From positions 1-27,481 of the IMG/VR virus record IMGVR_UViG_3300025723_000136: 27,481 nucleotides of DNA; one strand, written 5' to 3'. Positions 1-8,602 of this stretch are shown piece by piece. Source of the DNA: a virus (Duplodnaviria; Caudoviricetes). Each line of letters begins with the position of its first letter. Positions within the stretch are counted from its first letter, which is position 1. The translations under genes and the position numbers were made by a program. The notes beneath the pieces were generated by a model. It searched no databases. It was given only the letters and a program-made list of their open reading frames with translations, and was not told where the DNA came from.

Positions 1-2
1 CT

Positions 3-1175
3 GCAATTTATGCATATCGCGGTCCATCATCTCCTACTACATATTTGCTAGTTGATTTCGGCTCTGCCGGTACTAGCATTCGTGTTGCAGTTTCAGGAAG
101 CACAGTTGACTTTGGTGCACACGGACAGGCAGCAGGCAATTGGTGGCATCTTGCAGTAACTAGATCAAGTGGAAGCGTTAAAGTATTCATCAATGGTGTT
201 CAACTGGGTTCTAGTTCTACTCTGTCCGGAACTATTATGCAAGAAAGTGATTATTCTCTATATCTAGGAAGCAATCCAGCAGGACTCACGACTTATATCA
301 TAGGCGGCAAACTCTCTAATATCCGTGCAGTAAAAGGCGTAGCAGTTTATACTGCTAATTTCACCCCACCTACTACCAATCTAGCAGCAACTCAATCAGC
401 AAATGCTAATGGTAATCCAAGTGCAGCCGTCACTGGTACTGAAACTTCGTTGCTATTGGATATGAAAACTAGTGCAGATTTATTGACTGATGGAAGCACT
501 TATGCATTCACAGTAACAAATAATAATTCTGCTACTTGGTCGGCAAGCACACCATATCCACTTCCTGCATGTGGTAGTTTGAGTTTCAATGGTTCTGCAT
601 ATGCAACTTCATCTTCTACTGTTGCTAATTTCGGCACAAGCGATTTCACTGCTGAATTCTGGATTTATCCAAATACTAATGCATGGGCTCCAACATATGC
701 AACTGTTTGGAACACAGACAGTGCAGGCGGTTTATGGATAGGTAAAAATCAAGGAAACTTTACTATTCGTGCATCTGCAGTAGCTGACCTTGTTGATTAT
801 GCTACACTGCCCACAGTGAATGTTTGGACACACGTTGCATTCTCTCGCCAAGGATCAACAATTCGCATGTTCTACAACGGTGTTCAGGTTGCATCTGCTA
901 CATCATCTAATAACTTTGTCAATGGTCTAAACTATTTAGGTACTGACGGTTACGGCGACACACTCGATGGCTACCTAACTAATATACGTTATGTCACCGG
1001 AACTTCACTGTATAATGCGAATTTTACCCCACCAACCGGCCCCCTCACTGCAGTAAGCGGCACTACATTGTTGCTAGATGCTACAAATGCTAAAAATGCA
1101 TTGACTGATGGCAGCACGACTAATGCAACATTCACTAATACTGGTGTTGTTTGGACACCTGCTAATCCATACTAA
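3..1175 (+). CDS. LamG/concanavalin A-like lectin repeat protein (putative fibre or decoration protein), 5'-truncated
   Basis: Frame is open from position 3 (AIYAYRGPSSPTTYLLVDF...). Two LamG-like units: WWHLAVTRSSGSVKVFING...LSNIRAVKGVAVYTANFTPPT and DFTAEFWIYP...WTHVAFSRQGSTIRMFYNG...YLTNIRYVTG. S/T/G/N-rich. Confidence 0.8.
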   Translation, partial: AIYAYRGPSSPTTYLLVDFGSAGTSIRVAVSGSTVDFGAHGQAAGNWWHLAVTRSSGSVKVFINGVQLGSSSTLSGTIMQESDYSLYLGSNPAGLTTYIIGGKLSNIRAVKGVAVYTANFTPPTTNLAATQSANANGNPSAAVTGTETSLLLDMKTSADLLTDGSTYAFTVTNNNSATWSASTPYPLPACGSLSFNGSAYATSSSTVANFGTSDFTAEFWIYPNTNAWAPTYATVWNTDSAGGLWIGKNQGNFTIRASAVADLVDYATLPTVNVWTHVAFSRQGSTIRMFYNGVQVASATSSNNFVNGLNYLGTDGYGDTLDGYLTNIRYVTGTSLYNANFTPPTGPLTAVSGTTLLLDATNAKNALTDGSTTNATFTNTGVVWTPANPY

Positions 1176-1207
1176 TCCATACTAATACATACTAATCCAT
1201 ACTAATA
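1162..1207. repeat. 10-bp tandem repeat CTAATCCATA (about 4.5 copies)
   Basis: ctaatccata ctaatccata ctaatacata ctaatccata ctaata; overlaps the stop codon at 1173-1175. Confidence 0.9.
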
Positions 1208-1230
1208 ATATCTCATATTATTCACTCATG

Positions 1231-1267
1231 ATCCCTGCTATTGTAATGATAGCAGGGATTACCTTTG
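1231..1267 (+). terminator. putative intrinsic terminator hairpin
   Basis: ATCCCTGCTAT (1231-1241) / ATAGCAGGGAT (1249-1259), perfect 11-bp stem, 7-nt loop; weak U-tract (TACCTTT). Confidence 0.55.
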
Positions 1268-1285
1268 CGTGAAGATGAAACCGTA

Positions 1286-1293
1286 GATAAATA
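1286..1293 (+). promoter_or_regulatory. T4-late-like promoter
   Basis: GATAAATA (T4 late consensus TATAAATA), intergenic, upstream of AGGA and ATG 1321. Confidence 0.65.
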
Positions 1294-1320
1294 GATTATA
1301 TAAGATAGGAATATAATACG

Positions 1321-2034
1321 ATGCTAATAACACCAGGTGTACAAATCGGTTCAGGAGTCGTCATTGGACCCGGATCAGCTCCTCCCCCGCCGCCGAGTGG
1401 CCCCACCATTGTTCAGACTGACTTGACTGGTCTCAATGTCAGCGGCCAAGGCACTAACACGCTACTCACAACACCTGCTGTGGGAAGTCTATTAGTTGGA
1501 ATCGGTTTCGAATATACAGGTCTTCATAGTATTAACTCCGGTTGGACAGAAATCTTCAATGTGGGAGAAGTTCAAGATAATATCGTGGCAGCATATCGTA
1601 TCGTGCAAGCAGGTGACACTAATGTATTCAACTGGTTATATACAGGTGGCGGTAGTTATGCAGGTATGGTAGCGATGTGGAATCTTACAGGATTCAATTC
1701 CGGTACATTCGTAGACCTCACTTTCCAGAACCAAACATCAGTGACAACTACATATAGTCCTACAATCGGATCGACCAACTACACCGACGAGATCGTCCTA
1801 TCACTCATCGAAGCAGCATCAGTTCAGACCATCACACCTGATGGCTCTTGGACGACTGATCAGTATGCATCACCTGTTTATGGTTCTGATGGTGGTGGCG
1901 GCCAAGGCAGCACCGGCAGAACTGGATTGATGTCACACAAGATATATGCTGCTGCAGGCGCAGTAAGCCAGACAGTCACATTCTCGGCACCTGCTACCGG
2001 TGCAATAGGTATCGTTTCTATCAGATCAACGTAA
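1321..2034 (+). CDS. putative virion fibre/decoration protein (237 aa)
   Basis: N-terminal I-x-x-G repeats, poly-Pro linker, beta-rich S/T/G domain; late promoter and SD upstream. Confidence 0.6.
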   Translation: MLITPGVQIGSGVVIGPGSAPPPPPSGPTIVQTDLTGLNVSGQGTNTLLTTPAVGSLLVGIGFEYTGLHSINSGWTEIFNVGEVQDNIVAAYRIVQAGDTNVFNWLYTGGGSYAGMVAMWNLTGFNSGTFVDLTFQNQTSVTTTYSPTIGSTNYTDEIVLSLIEAASVQTITPDGSWTTDQYASPVYGSDGGGGQGSTGRTGLMSHKIYAAAGAVSQTVTFSAPATGAIGIVSIRST

Positions 2035-2050
2035 TTTTTAGGTATTCGGT

Positions 2051-2752
2051 ATGTCACAATTTAATATATCTGGTGGAGGCCTAAATATATCAGGCGGCGG
2101 CTTGTATATAGGACCATTAGCCGCGAGTGGTGGAAGTATATCCTTTGTTCGCGGTGCGCAGAATGCTATAATTCAATATGCCGGACAAAGCCAATTCGCA
2201 TTTGGAACAGGTGATTATACTATAGAGTTATGGATGAAAGTAATATCAGGTGATGGCATTTTCTTCGCGTTGAGTGCAGGATACACTAACGGACTTCAGT
2301 TTTATAATAACAATACGGGTGCTTTGCTAATCGCAACTGCAGCATCAGGGGTTCAAGATATAGGCGGCACAGCATATGGTACATGGGTATATTATACTTT
2401 CGTGCGACATTCAGGAACAACTACAGTATATGTGAACGGTTCTTCATCATATTCATTCTCGGATCCCTCAACTTATACCACAGCCAGTGGTTATCCTCTG
2501 TTCAGTGATCCGGGATATGGCTACAATTCCTTAAATGTGTTAATGAAGGGTATTCGAATAGTGAAGGGCACCGCAGTGTATACCAGCAATTTTACTCCAC
2601 CTACTGTTCCTCTGACCGCTATTCCAAACACTTCATTGTTGTTAAATGCAATTAATCCAGCAGCATATTTGGCTGACAGCAGTCCAAATAATTTTACTCC
2701 ATTAGCTATTAGCGGAGCAGTCACATGGTCTTCGGATTCACCTTATCCATAA
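2051..2752 (+). CDS. LamG/concanavalin A-like lectin domain protein (233 aa)
   Basis: FGTGDYTIELW...VRHSGTTTVYVNG...IRIVKGTAVYTSNFTPPT..L.AIPNTSLLL; paralogous to the units of the first ORF. Confidence 0.8.
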   Translation: MSQFNISGGGLNISGGGLYIGPLAASGGSISFVRGAQNAIIQYAGQSQFAFGTGDYTIELWMKVISGDGIFFALSAGYTNGLQFYNNNTGALLIATAASGVQDIGGTAYGTWVYYTFVRHSGTTTVYVNGSSSYSFSDPSTYTTASGYPLFSDPGYGYNSLNVLMKGIRIVKGTAVYTSNFTPPTVPLTAIPNTSLLLNAINPAAYLADSSPNNFTPLAISGAVTWSSDSPYP

Positions 2753-2764
2753 TCGCTAATACAA

Positions 2765-2772
2765 GATAAATA
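2765..2772 (+). promoter_or_regulatory. T4-late-like promoter
   Basis: Intergenic GATAAATA upstream of ATG 2801. Confidence 0.65.
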
Positions 2773-2800
2773 CACTCATAAAATATAGAGAGATAATATA

Positions 2801-3226
2801 ATGGCAATCTTAGGAATCACCGTAGAAGGCGGAATCACTATCGAAAGTGGAATCGGTTTAGGTTCGCAGCCTGCTCCTCCTCCACCCGGCAACCCAATCA
2901 CATATGCACAGATGCCCGGTCCAGTAACAAAGACTCCGGCTAATCCATCTAACCTACAAGACGGAACAGCAACAATCAATAATCCTACTGGATTCACTAT
3001 CAATAATATCTCCGCTACCGGTGTTGCTGTGTTCTCACCAGATGCTAACTCTCAAGCATTCTTTAATACGAATGGCGTTGGTATATACAATGTGGCTCTC
3101 GGTGCAGGAAGCACTGTAGCTAATACTACAGCAACTGTAACTCAAGTAGGTGTTACTATCGTATTCTTCTTCGATGGCGTGACACAGCCAAGCACTTTCA
3201 ACTTCCCATTCACATTTAGTATATAA
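2801..3226 (+). CDS. putative virion fibre/decoration protein (141 aa)
   Basis: N-terminus ITVEGGITIESGIGL followed by PAPPPPG, same architecture as 1321..2034. Confidence 0.6.
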   Translation: MAILGITVEGGITIESGIGLGSQPAPPPPGNPITYAQMPGPVTKTPANPSNLQDGTATINNPTGFTINNISATGVAVFSPDANSQAFFNTNGVGIYNVALGAGSTVANTTATVTQVGVTIVFFFDGVTQPSTFNFPFTFSI

Positions 3227-3237
3227 GGATCACGCAC

Positions 3238-3378
3238 ATGACTAATACTCCACAACAACCATTAGACCCGAACAATCGCAAGGATCCTAGACATCCTGAG
3301 TTCTGGAATCACATGGAAGAGTTACGCGCACAAGTGAAGGGCAAGATGGCAGGCCCTGCTCCCGCTGAAAAAAAATAA
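3238..3378 (+). CDS. small hypothetical protein (46 aa), not in the ORF track
   Basis: TAAGGA SD overlapping the previous stop; MTNTPQQPLDPNNRKDPRHPEFWNHMEELRAQVKGKMAGPAPAEKK; fills the gap before the next promoter. Confidence 0.6.
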   Translation: MTNTPQQPLDPNNRKDPRHPEFWNHMEELRAQVKGKMAGPAPAEKK

Positions 3379-3400
3379 TCAGAATAGGTGATTTTCCGGA

Positions 3401-3429
3401 TTGACTTCGGAAGACAGATACGCTACATT
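3401..3429 (+). promoter_or_regulatory. sigma70-like early promoter
   Basis: TTGACT-N17-TACATT. Confidence 0.75.
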
Positions 3430-3472
3430 TAGATCATAGAGCAACGCGCTCTTCACAGCAAGGATCTAAAAA

Positions 3473-4570
3473 ATGTCTCAAGTTTCTGATCATCTCACTA
3501 TCACGTCTATTCAAGCCCGCAAGGCTCTCCTCACTGCATTCAAGGCAAAGCGCCCGGTGTTCCTCTGGGGTCCCCCGGGCATCGGCAAGTCCGAAGTGGT
3601 TCAGGAAATCACTGATGAACTCAGCGGCTATATGTATGATATGCGTATGGCACAGATGGAACCCACTGATGTCCGTGGTATTCCTTTCTTCAACAAGGAC
3701 ATCGGTAAGATGGACTGGGCTGAGCCCATCGATCTCCCCTCTGAAGAGGTCTGCTCGCAGTATCCCATCGTCGTTCTGTTTCTGGACGAGATGAACTCTG
3801 CTCCCCCGGCTGTTCAAGCTGCTGGCTACCAACTCATTCTCAATCGTCGCGTGGGCAAGTATAAGCTGCCCGACAATGTTGTGATCGTGGCTGCTGGTAA
3901 CCGCGACAGCGACAAGGGCGTCACTTATCGTATGCCGATGCCGCTGGCTAATCGTTTCGTTCACCTCGAGATGCGTTATGACTTCAGCGCCTGGCAGCAG
4001 TGGGCGGTGAACAAGAACATTCACAAGGATGTCGTTGGTTATCTCTCGTTCTCCAAGCAGGACGGTTATGACTTCGATGCGAAGGGTTCTTCTCGCGCAT
4101 TCGCTACGCCGCGTTCGTGGGTGTTCGTGAGCGATCTGCTCAGTGATGAGACGGTGGATAATGACACGCTGTTCAATCTGGTTGCAGGCGCTATCGGCGA
4201 AGGTCTCGCGACTAAGTTCATGGCTCACCGCAAGGTCGCGGGCAAGATGCCCGAGCCCAGCGATATCCTTTCGGGTAAGGTCAAGGACCTTCAAGTGAAG
4301 GAAATCTCTGCGATGTATTCGCTGACTATCTCTATGTGCTATGAACTGAAGGACGCTCTCGACAACAAGCGTGTCGATAGCAAGCGGTTCCACGAGATGG
4401 CTGATAACTTCTTCGAGTATATCATGAAGAACTTCGAGACTGAGCTGGTGGTCATGGGTGCGAAGATCGCGCTCAAGACTTATCGTCTGCCCATCGAACC
4501 TTCTCAACTCAAGAACTTCGATGAGTTCCACAAGAAGTACGGCAAGTATATCGTGGAAGCTGGTAACTAA
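3473..4570 (+). CDS. MoxR-like AAA+ ATPase (365 aa)
   Basis: Walker A GPPGIGKS, Walker B LFLDEMN, sensor-1 AAGN, Arg finger ANRF, TPRSW; adjacent to a VWA gene; SD AAGGA. Confidence 0.9.
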   Translation: MSQVSDHLTITSIQARKALLTAFKAKRPVFLWGPPGIGKSEVVQEITDELSGYMYDMRMAQMEPTDVRGIPFFNKDIGKMDWAEPIDLPSEEVCSQYPIVVLFLDEMNSAPPAVQAAGYQLILNRRVGKYKLPDNVVIVAAGNRDSDKGVTYRMPMPLANRFVHLEMRYDFSAWQQWAVNKNIHKDVVGYLSFSKQDGYDFDAKGSSRAFATPRSWVFVSDLLSDETVDNDTLFNLVAGAIGEGLATKFMAHRKVAGKMPEPSDILSGKVKDLQVKEISAMYSLTISMCYELKDALDNKRVDSKRFHEMADNFFEYIMKNFETELVVMGAKIALKTYRLPIEPSQLKNFDEFHKKYGKYIVEAGN

Positions 4571-4586
4571 TATCAGCTCCCGCGTG

Positions 4587-4622
4587 GGGGAGGGGTTTAG
4601 AGACATTCCCCTCCCCTTTTTT
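4587..4622 (+). terminator. intrinsic terminator
   Basis: GGGGAGGGG (4587-4595) / CCCCTCCCC (4608-4616) stem followed by TTTTTT. Confidence 0.8.
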
Positions 4623-4633
4623 ATTCGAGAGGC

Positions 4634-4662
4634 TTGACATCTGCCTCATAATCGCTTATATT
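4634..4662 (+). promoter_or_regulatory. sigma70-like early promoter
   Basis: TTGACA-N17-TATATT. Confidence 0.8.
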
Positions 4663-4693
4663 AAATATTATGACACAGCAAGGAAGCATCCTG

Positions 4694-5992
4694 ATGAGCG
4701 ACGTTATCTCCCCCACTAAGCGCAAGCGCACCCGTAGCAAGAAGTTCGAGAAGCTTGTGGGTCCAATGGATCCGAAGGTCGATGCGCAGGCTCGCGAGCG
4801 TCTGGTGACTGCTCGTATCGGTCTCTTGCTGCGTCATTCGTTCTTCGGTAATCTCGCTACTCGCCTGCAACTCATCAACGCTGATGAATGGTGCTCTACT
4901 GCTGCCACTGACGGGCAGAAGTTCTACTACAACTCTCGCTTCATCATGATGCTCCGCACTAAGGAAGTCGAATTCCTCGTGGGTCATGAAGTGCTGCACG
5001 TCGTGTATGACCATCTGGGTCGTCGCGGCAGCCGTGATCCCGAAATCTGGAACATCGCTGATGACTATGCAGTGAATGCAGACCTCAAGCGGCATCGCGT
5101 GGGCGAGTTCATCACGACGGTTCCCGCGCTTTATGAAGCGAAGTATGACGGTAAGGCTGCTGAGGAAATCTATGATGACCTCATGAAGAATGTTCAATAC
5201 ATCTCTATCGATGACCTCCTCGACAAGATGCTTGACGATCACCTCGACGACGGCGAAGGCGCTGGCGATGGTGAGGATGACGACGGCGAAGGTGATCAGA
5301 AGGGCAAGGGTCGCCCCAAGATGTCGGCTGAAGAACGCGAGCGCGTCCGTCAGGAAGTCAAGCAATCGATCATCAATGCTGCTCAATCTGCTGAAGCAGG
5401 TTCGATTCCTAAGGGTGTCGAACGCATGATCAAGCAATATACTAATCCTGTCATGCCCTGGCGCGAACTGCTGCAAGTCAATCTGACTTCTGCGATCAAG
5501 AGTGATTATAGCTGGATGCGTCCTTCTCGTCGCGGCTGGCATCTGGATGCGGTGATGCCTGGTCAGAATCCTGGCGAAGAGATCGATGTCACGGTGTTCA
5601 TCGATATGTCTGGTTCTATCTCTACTAAGCAGGGTCAGGCTTTCCTCGGCGAGGTTGCTGGTATGATGGAAGCATTCGACGGGTTCAAGATCCGTGTCGC
5701 ATGTTTCGATACGCAAGTCTATAACATGCAGGAATTCAACTCCGAGAACCTCGACACTATTGACACCTATCAGCTTGCTGGTGGCGGTGGTACCGACTTC
5801 GATTGTATCTTCAACTATCTCAAGGAAGAAGGTAGCGTCCCCAATCGTCTGATCGTATTCACTGATGGTTATCCGTTTGGTAGCTGGGGCGATCCCGATT
5901 ACTGCGATACGACCTGGATCATTCACGGCGACCCCGATCCGAATCCTCCCTTCGGATCATGGGCTCTGTATGACGACCATAAGAAGAACTGA
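4694..5992 (+). CDS. HEXXH metallopeptidase-like plus VWA domain protein (DUF2201-type)
   Basis: TAATDG, HEVLH zinc motif, acidic Gly/Asp linker, MIDAS DMSGS...GGGGTDF...FTDG. ATG 4694 follows AAGGA; ATG 4670 is an alternative in-frame start. Confidence 0.85.
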   Translation: MSDVISPTKRKRTRSKKFEKLVGPMDPKVDAQARERLVTARIGLLLRHSFFGNLATRLQLINADEWCSTAATDGQKFYYNSRFIMMLRTKEVEFLVGHEVLHVVYDHLGRRGSRDPEIWNIADDYAVNADLKRHRVGEFITTVPALYEAKYDGKAAEEIYDDLMKNVQYISIDDLLDKMLDDHLDDGEGAGDGEDDDGEGDQKGKGRPKMSAEERERVRQEVKQSIINAAQSAEAGSIPKGVERMIKQYTNPVMPWRELLQVNLTSAIKSDYSWMRPSRRGWHLDAVMPGQNPGEEIDVTVFIDMSGSISTKQGQAFLGEVAGMMEAFDGFKIRVACFDTQVYNMQEFNSENLDTIDTYQLAGGGGTDFDCIFNYLKEEGSVPNRLIVFTDGYPFGSWGDPDYCDTTWIIHGDPDPNPPFGSWALYDDHKKN

Positions 5993-5995
5993 TAT

Positions 5996-6190
5996 ATGTA
6001 TGAACCACCTGAAAGCAATGCATCCCGTATAAAAAGGGCGTTCGATGTAGTAGAAGACGCCAAACAACGTCTATTACGCAGAGAACGCCTCATGGATATC
6101 TGCGAATTAGCAGAAACAAATGCTGCAATTAGGGATCAGTTGGAGAAGTTAGAAGAACTATATCTACTGGTAAGAGATGAAAACGATTGA
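5996..6190 (+). CDS. hypothetical protein (64 aa)
   Basis: Tightly packed helical ORF between neighbours. Confidence 0.6.
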   Translation: MYEPPESNASRIKRAFDVVEDAKQRLLRRERLMDICELAETNAAIRDQLEKLEELYLLVRDEND

Positions 6191-6431
6191 CGATATCAAC
6201 CTGAACCAATGGTTCATGCAACGAGAGTTAGAGAATACTCCTAGGCATTTCGCAAAGGCATCTACTCCTCTGAGTTCCGAAGCACATGAATGGATCCTAG
6301 ACAAGTTGGTCGGTCGTTTCTCGTTATATAACACTATAAATGAGAATGAAGATTATGGATTCGAGATGCGGCAATATCCTGCATTTGAGGATCCAAGAGA
6401 ACTGACCCTGTATGAACTTACCTGGGCATAA
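6177..6431 (+). CDS. small hypothetical protein with C-terminal F-E-D...Y-x-L-x-W motif (84 aa)
   Basis: Overlaps the previous gene; ends AFEDPRELTLYELTWA, similar to 8311..8547 and 27133..27387. Confidence 0.7.
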   Translation: MKTIDDINLNQWFMQRELENTPRHFAKASTPLSSEAHEWILDKLVGRFSLYNTINENEDYGFEMRQYPAFEDPRELTLYELTWA

Positions 6432-6484
6432 AAAAATATCACCGCATTTCCTATATTAAATATATCTACAACAAGGAGAATATA

Positions 6485-7168
6485 ATGTCATTTCTACGAC
6501 ATATTGGTAAACACGGCGACCGCAAGGTAGCGATTGTCTTCAGAGAAGTGCCCGGCGAACCACATATGTGCCTAGTAGTTTATACCGAACTACTTAACCA
6601 AAATATGCACGATCCCCTGATCCGTTGCATCGAAAGTGATATCGGACAGAACAGCGAGAACCTCGCTGATGCATTGAACCGCACTCACACCAGAGACGGT
6701 AATATCATCCTTCAGAAGCTACATGCTGAAGGAATGCTAAAGAAGGTTCAGTGCGAGCAGATCATCATGACTCCTGCTCCCAATGTTCGGATCAAGTTGC
6801 ATGAACTCAACAAGATCCTAGACGAGATGAAGCAAGGTGAAGAAGCTACTCGTAGATTAGCAGAGATGGATAAGCAACTCGGAATGCAGGATCCAACTCA
6901 GGTTGCACGTATGATGCGTGGAACAAAGGACGCGAGGGTGGAACCAATCGCCCCTATCGCAGCATCTACGGGTGATGCATTGGGTGATGCTCAGTTGGCA
7001 AATACATTTAGGGCACAAGCAGAGCGTATGCAACGTGAAGCGAATGGTCTTATGGCAGAAGCAACTCGTCTATTAAACGAAGCAGCAGCACTTACTCCAT
7101 CTGCTGCACCAGCTGAAACTGCTGCACCAAAGCGTCCCGGTCGTCCAAAGAAGTCAGTAACCGCATAA
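6485..7168 (+). CDS. hypothetical protein with coiled-coil and AT-hook-like C-terminus (227 aa)
   Basis: Strong SD AAGGAGA; C-terminal KRPGRPKK; ATTAAATA late-like box at 6455-6462. Confidence 0.8.
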   Translation: MSFLRHIGKHGDRKVAIVFREVPGEPHMCLVVYTELLNQNMHDPLIRCIESDIGQNSENLADALNRTHTRDGNIILQKLHAEGMLKKVQCEQIIMTPAPNVRIKLHELNKILDEMKQGEEATRRLAEMDKQLGMQDPTQVARMMRGTKDARVEPIAPIAASTGDALGDAQLANTFRAQAERMQREANGLMAEATRLLNEAAALTPSAAPAETAAPKRPGRPKKSVTA

Positions 7169-7182
7169 AGATCGTCAAATAA

Positions 7183-7479
7183 ATGTCCCCTGAGTTTATT
7201 CAGAAATGGGAAAAATTACTTGATGGTGTTGATAAGCAGACTATTCCGGTAGAGTTTCTTAAAAAACTGGTACTAAAGTTAGAAGGTAAAAGACGGCGAA
7301 CTATCAATATAGAACGGCTGTTGCGTAAAGGTCTGACAGAAGATCAAGTCGAAGAACTCGTAACCCAGCAACTTCATGAAGTAGATGAAGAGATGACGGG
7401 CATAGAGTTTGTGTTAGATGTAAAGAGTATCGCAGCAGCAGTTCAACCTGAAACTGATAGGTTACTAAGCGGATTATAA
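7183..7479 (+). CDS. hypothetical protein (98 aa)
   Basis: Fills the gap before thyA with 1-nt spacing. Confidence 0.75.
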   Translation: MSPEFIQKWEKLLDGVDKQTIPVEFLKKLVLKLEGKRRRTINIERLLRKGLTEDQVEELVTQQLHEVDEEMTGIEFVLDVKSIAAAVQPETDRLLSGL

Positions 7480-7480
7480 A

Positions 7481-8314
7481 ATGCATCAATACCTAGAACT
7501 ATTAGAAGACATTATTGATAACAACGGTGAAGCAAGGAGCGATCGGACTGGAACAGGCACTATCAGTGTGTTCGGTCGCCAACTTCGTTTCGATTTGCGT
7601 GAGAAGTTCCCTGCAGTAACTACCAAACGACTTGCTTGGAATGCATGTAAGGCTGAACTATTATGGTTCATCGAGGGATCACAAGATGAGCGCAGGTTAG
7701 CAGAGATCCTGCATGGTACCCGTGATAACAGCAAGACTACCATCTGGACAGGGAATGCTCAAGCTGACTATTGGACACCTCGAGCAGGATTCGAAGGAGA
7801 CCTAGGTCGGGTGTATGGTGTGCAATGGAGAGACTGGCGAGGGGTCGATCAACTCACTAAACTTATCGATGGTATCAAGCGTGACCCTAATGGTCGCAGG
7901 CATATTCTATCTGCATGGAATGTAGATGAGTTAGACCAAATGGCTCTTCCTCCCTGTCATGTCATGAGCCAGTTCTATGTGAGCAAGGGTCACCTTAGCT
8001 GCCATATGTACCAGAGATCAGTAGATGTCTTTTTAGGACTTCCTTTCAATATCGCGAGCTATGCGCTTCTAACTCATATGATCGCACAAGTATGCGACCT
8101 CAAGGCAGGTGAACTCATCATCTCTACGGGAGACACACATATCTATATCAATCATGTCGAACAGGTCGAAGAGCAACTCACCCGTAAACCTCTTCCTCTC
8201 CCCACACTCTGGTTGAATCCAGAAGTAAAAGAGATCGATAAGTTCACCATGCAAGATATCGCTTTGGTAGGATATCAGAGCCATACTGCTATCAAGGCTG
8301 AGATGGCAGTATGA
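7481..8314 (+). CDS. thyA: thymidylate synthase
   Basis: DRTGTGT, FPAVTTKR, ELLWFIEG, catalytic LPPCH, YQRSVDVFLGLPFNIASY, GDTHIY; no intron. Confidence 0.97.
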   Translation: MHQYLELLEDIIDNNGEARSDRTGTGTISVFGRQLRFDLREKFPAVTTKRLAWNACKAELLWFIEGSQDERRLAEILHGTRDNSKTTIWTGNAQADYWTPRAGFEGDLGRVYGVQWRDWRGVDQLTKLIDGIKRDPNGRRHILSAWNVDELDQMALPPCHVMSQFYVSKGHLSCHMYQRSVDVFLGLPFNIASYALLTHMIAQVCDLKAGELIISTGDTHIYINHVEQVEEQLTRKPLPLPTLWLNPEVKEIDKFTMQDIALVGYQSHTAIKAEMAV

Positions 8315-8547
8315 CTCCGGTCGTCGTGCATGAGTTTAAGATGGGTGATGTAGAAGACCCTGATATCTATGCTGCGATGCCCATGATGCAATGGGAGAAA
8401 TCAGAAGAGGGTCAATTTGTCATGACACATAGCTTAGAGGTTCCGATATGGCACCGATATACCGATCCTGTTACAATGGGTTATGTTTATAGGATATGTG
8501 CATTCTTTGATGACAAAACTCATATTCTCTGGAAGTTGAAGTTTTAA
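8311..8547 (+). CDS. small hypothetical protein (78 aa)
   Basis: ATGA overlap with thyA; ends FFDDKTHILWKLKF. Confidence 0.75.
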   Translation: MTPVVVHEFKMGDVEDPDIYAAMPMMQWEKSEEGQFVMTHSLEVPIWHRYTDPVTMGYVYRICAFFDDKTHILWKLKF

Positions 8548-8563
8548 CACTTGATATAAAACG

Positions 8564-8596
8564 TTTCCGTCGTGATAAATAATACAGCGACGGAAA
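8564..8596 (+). promoter_or_regulatory. T4-late-like promoter within an inverted repeat that covers the translation initiation region
   Basis: TTTCCGTCG (8564-8572) / CGACGGAAA (8588-8596), with GATAAATA (8574-8581) in the loop; ATG at 8603. Confidence 0.7.
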
Positions 8597-8602
8597 ACTA
8601 TA

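Noticed and set aside
1162-1207. CRISPR mini-array
   Set aside because: 10-bp head-to-tail units with no spacers.
1-3226. Diversity-generating retroelement target among the lectin genes
   Set aside because: No reverse transcriptase in the window and no repeat pair differing only at adenines was seen.
3434-5926. Long antisense ORFs (390 aa and 421 aa)
   Set aside because: They mirror the AAA and VWA genes codon for codon and are explained by avoidance of TTA/CTA/TCA on the + strand; no motifs or expression signals.
7481-8314. thyA as a base-modification enzyme (dCMP hydroxymethylase) or intron host
   Set aside because: It keeps the dUMP-specifying Asn (GLPFN) and canonical ThyA motifs, and the ORF is uninterrupted.
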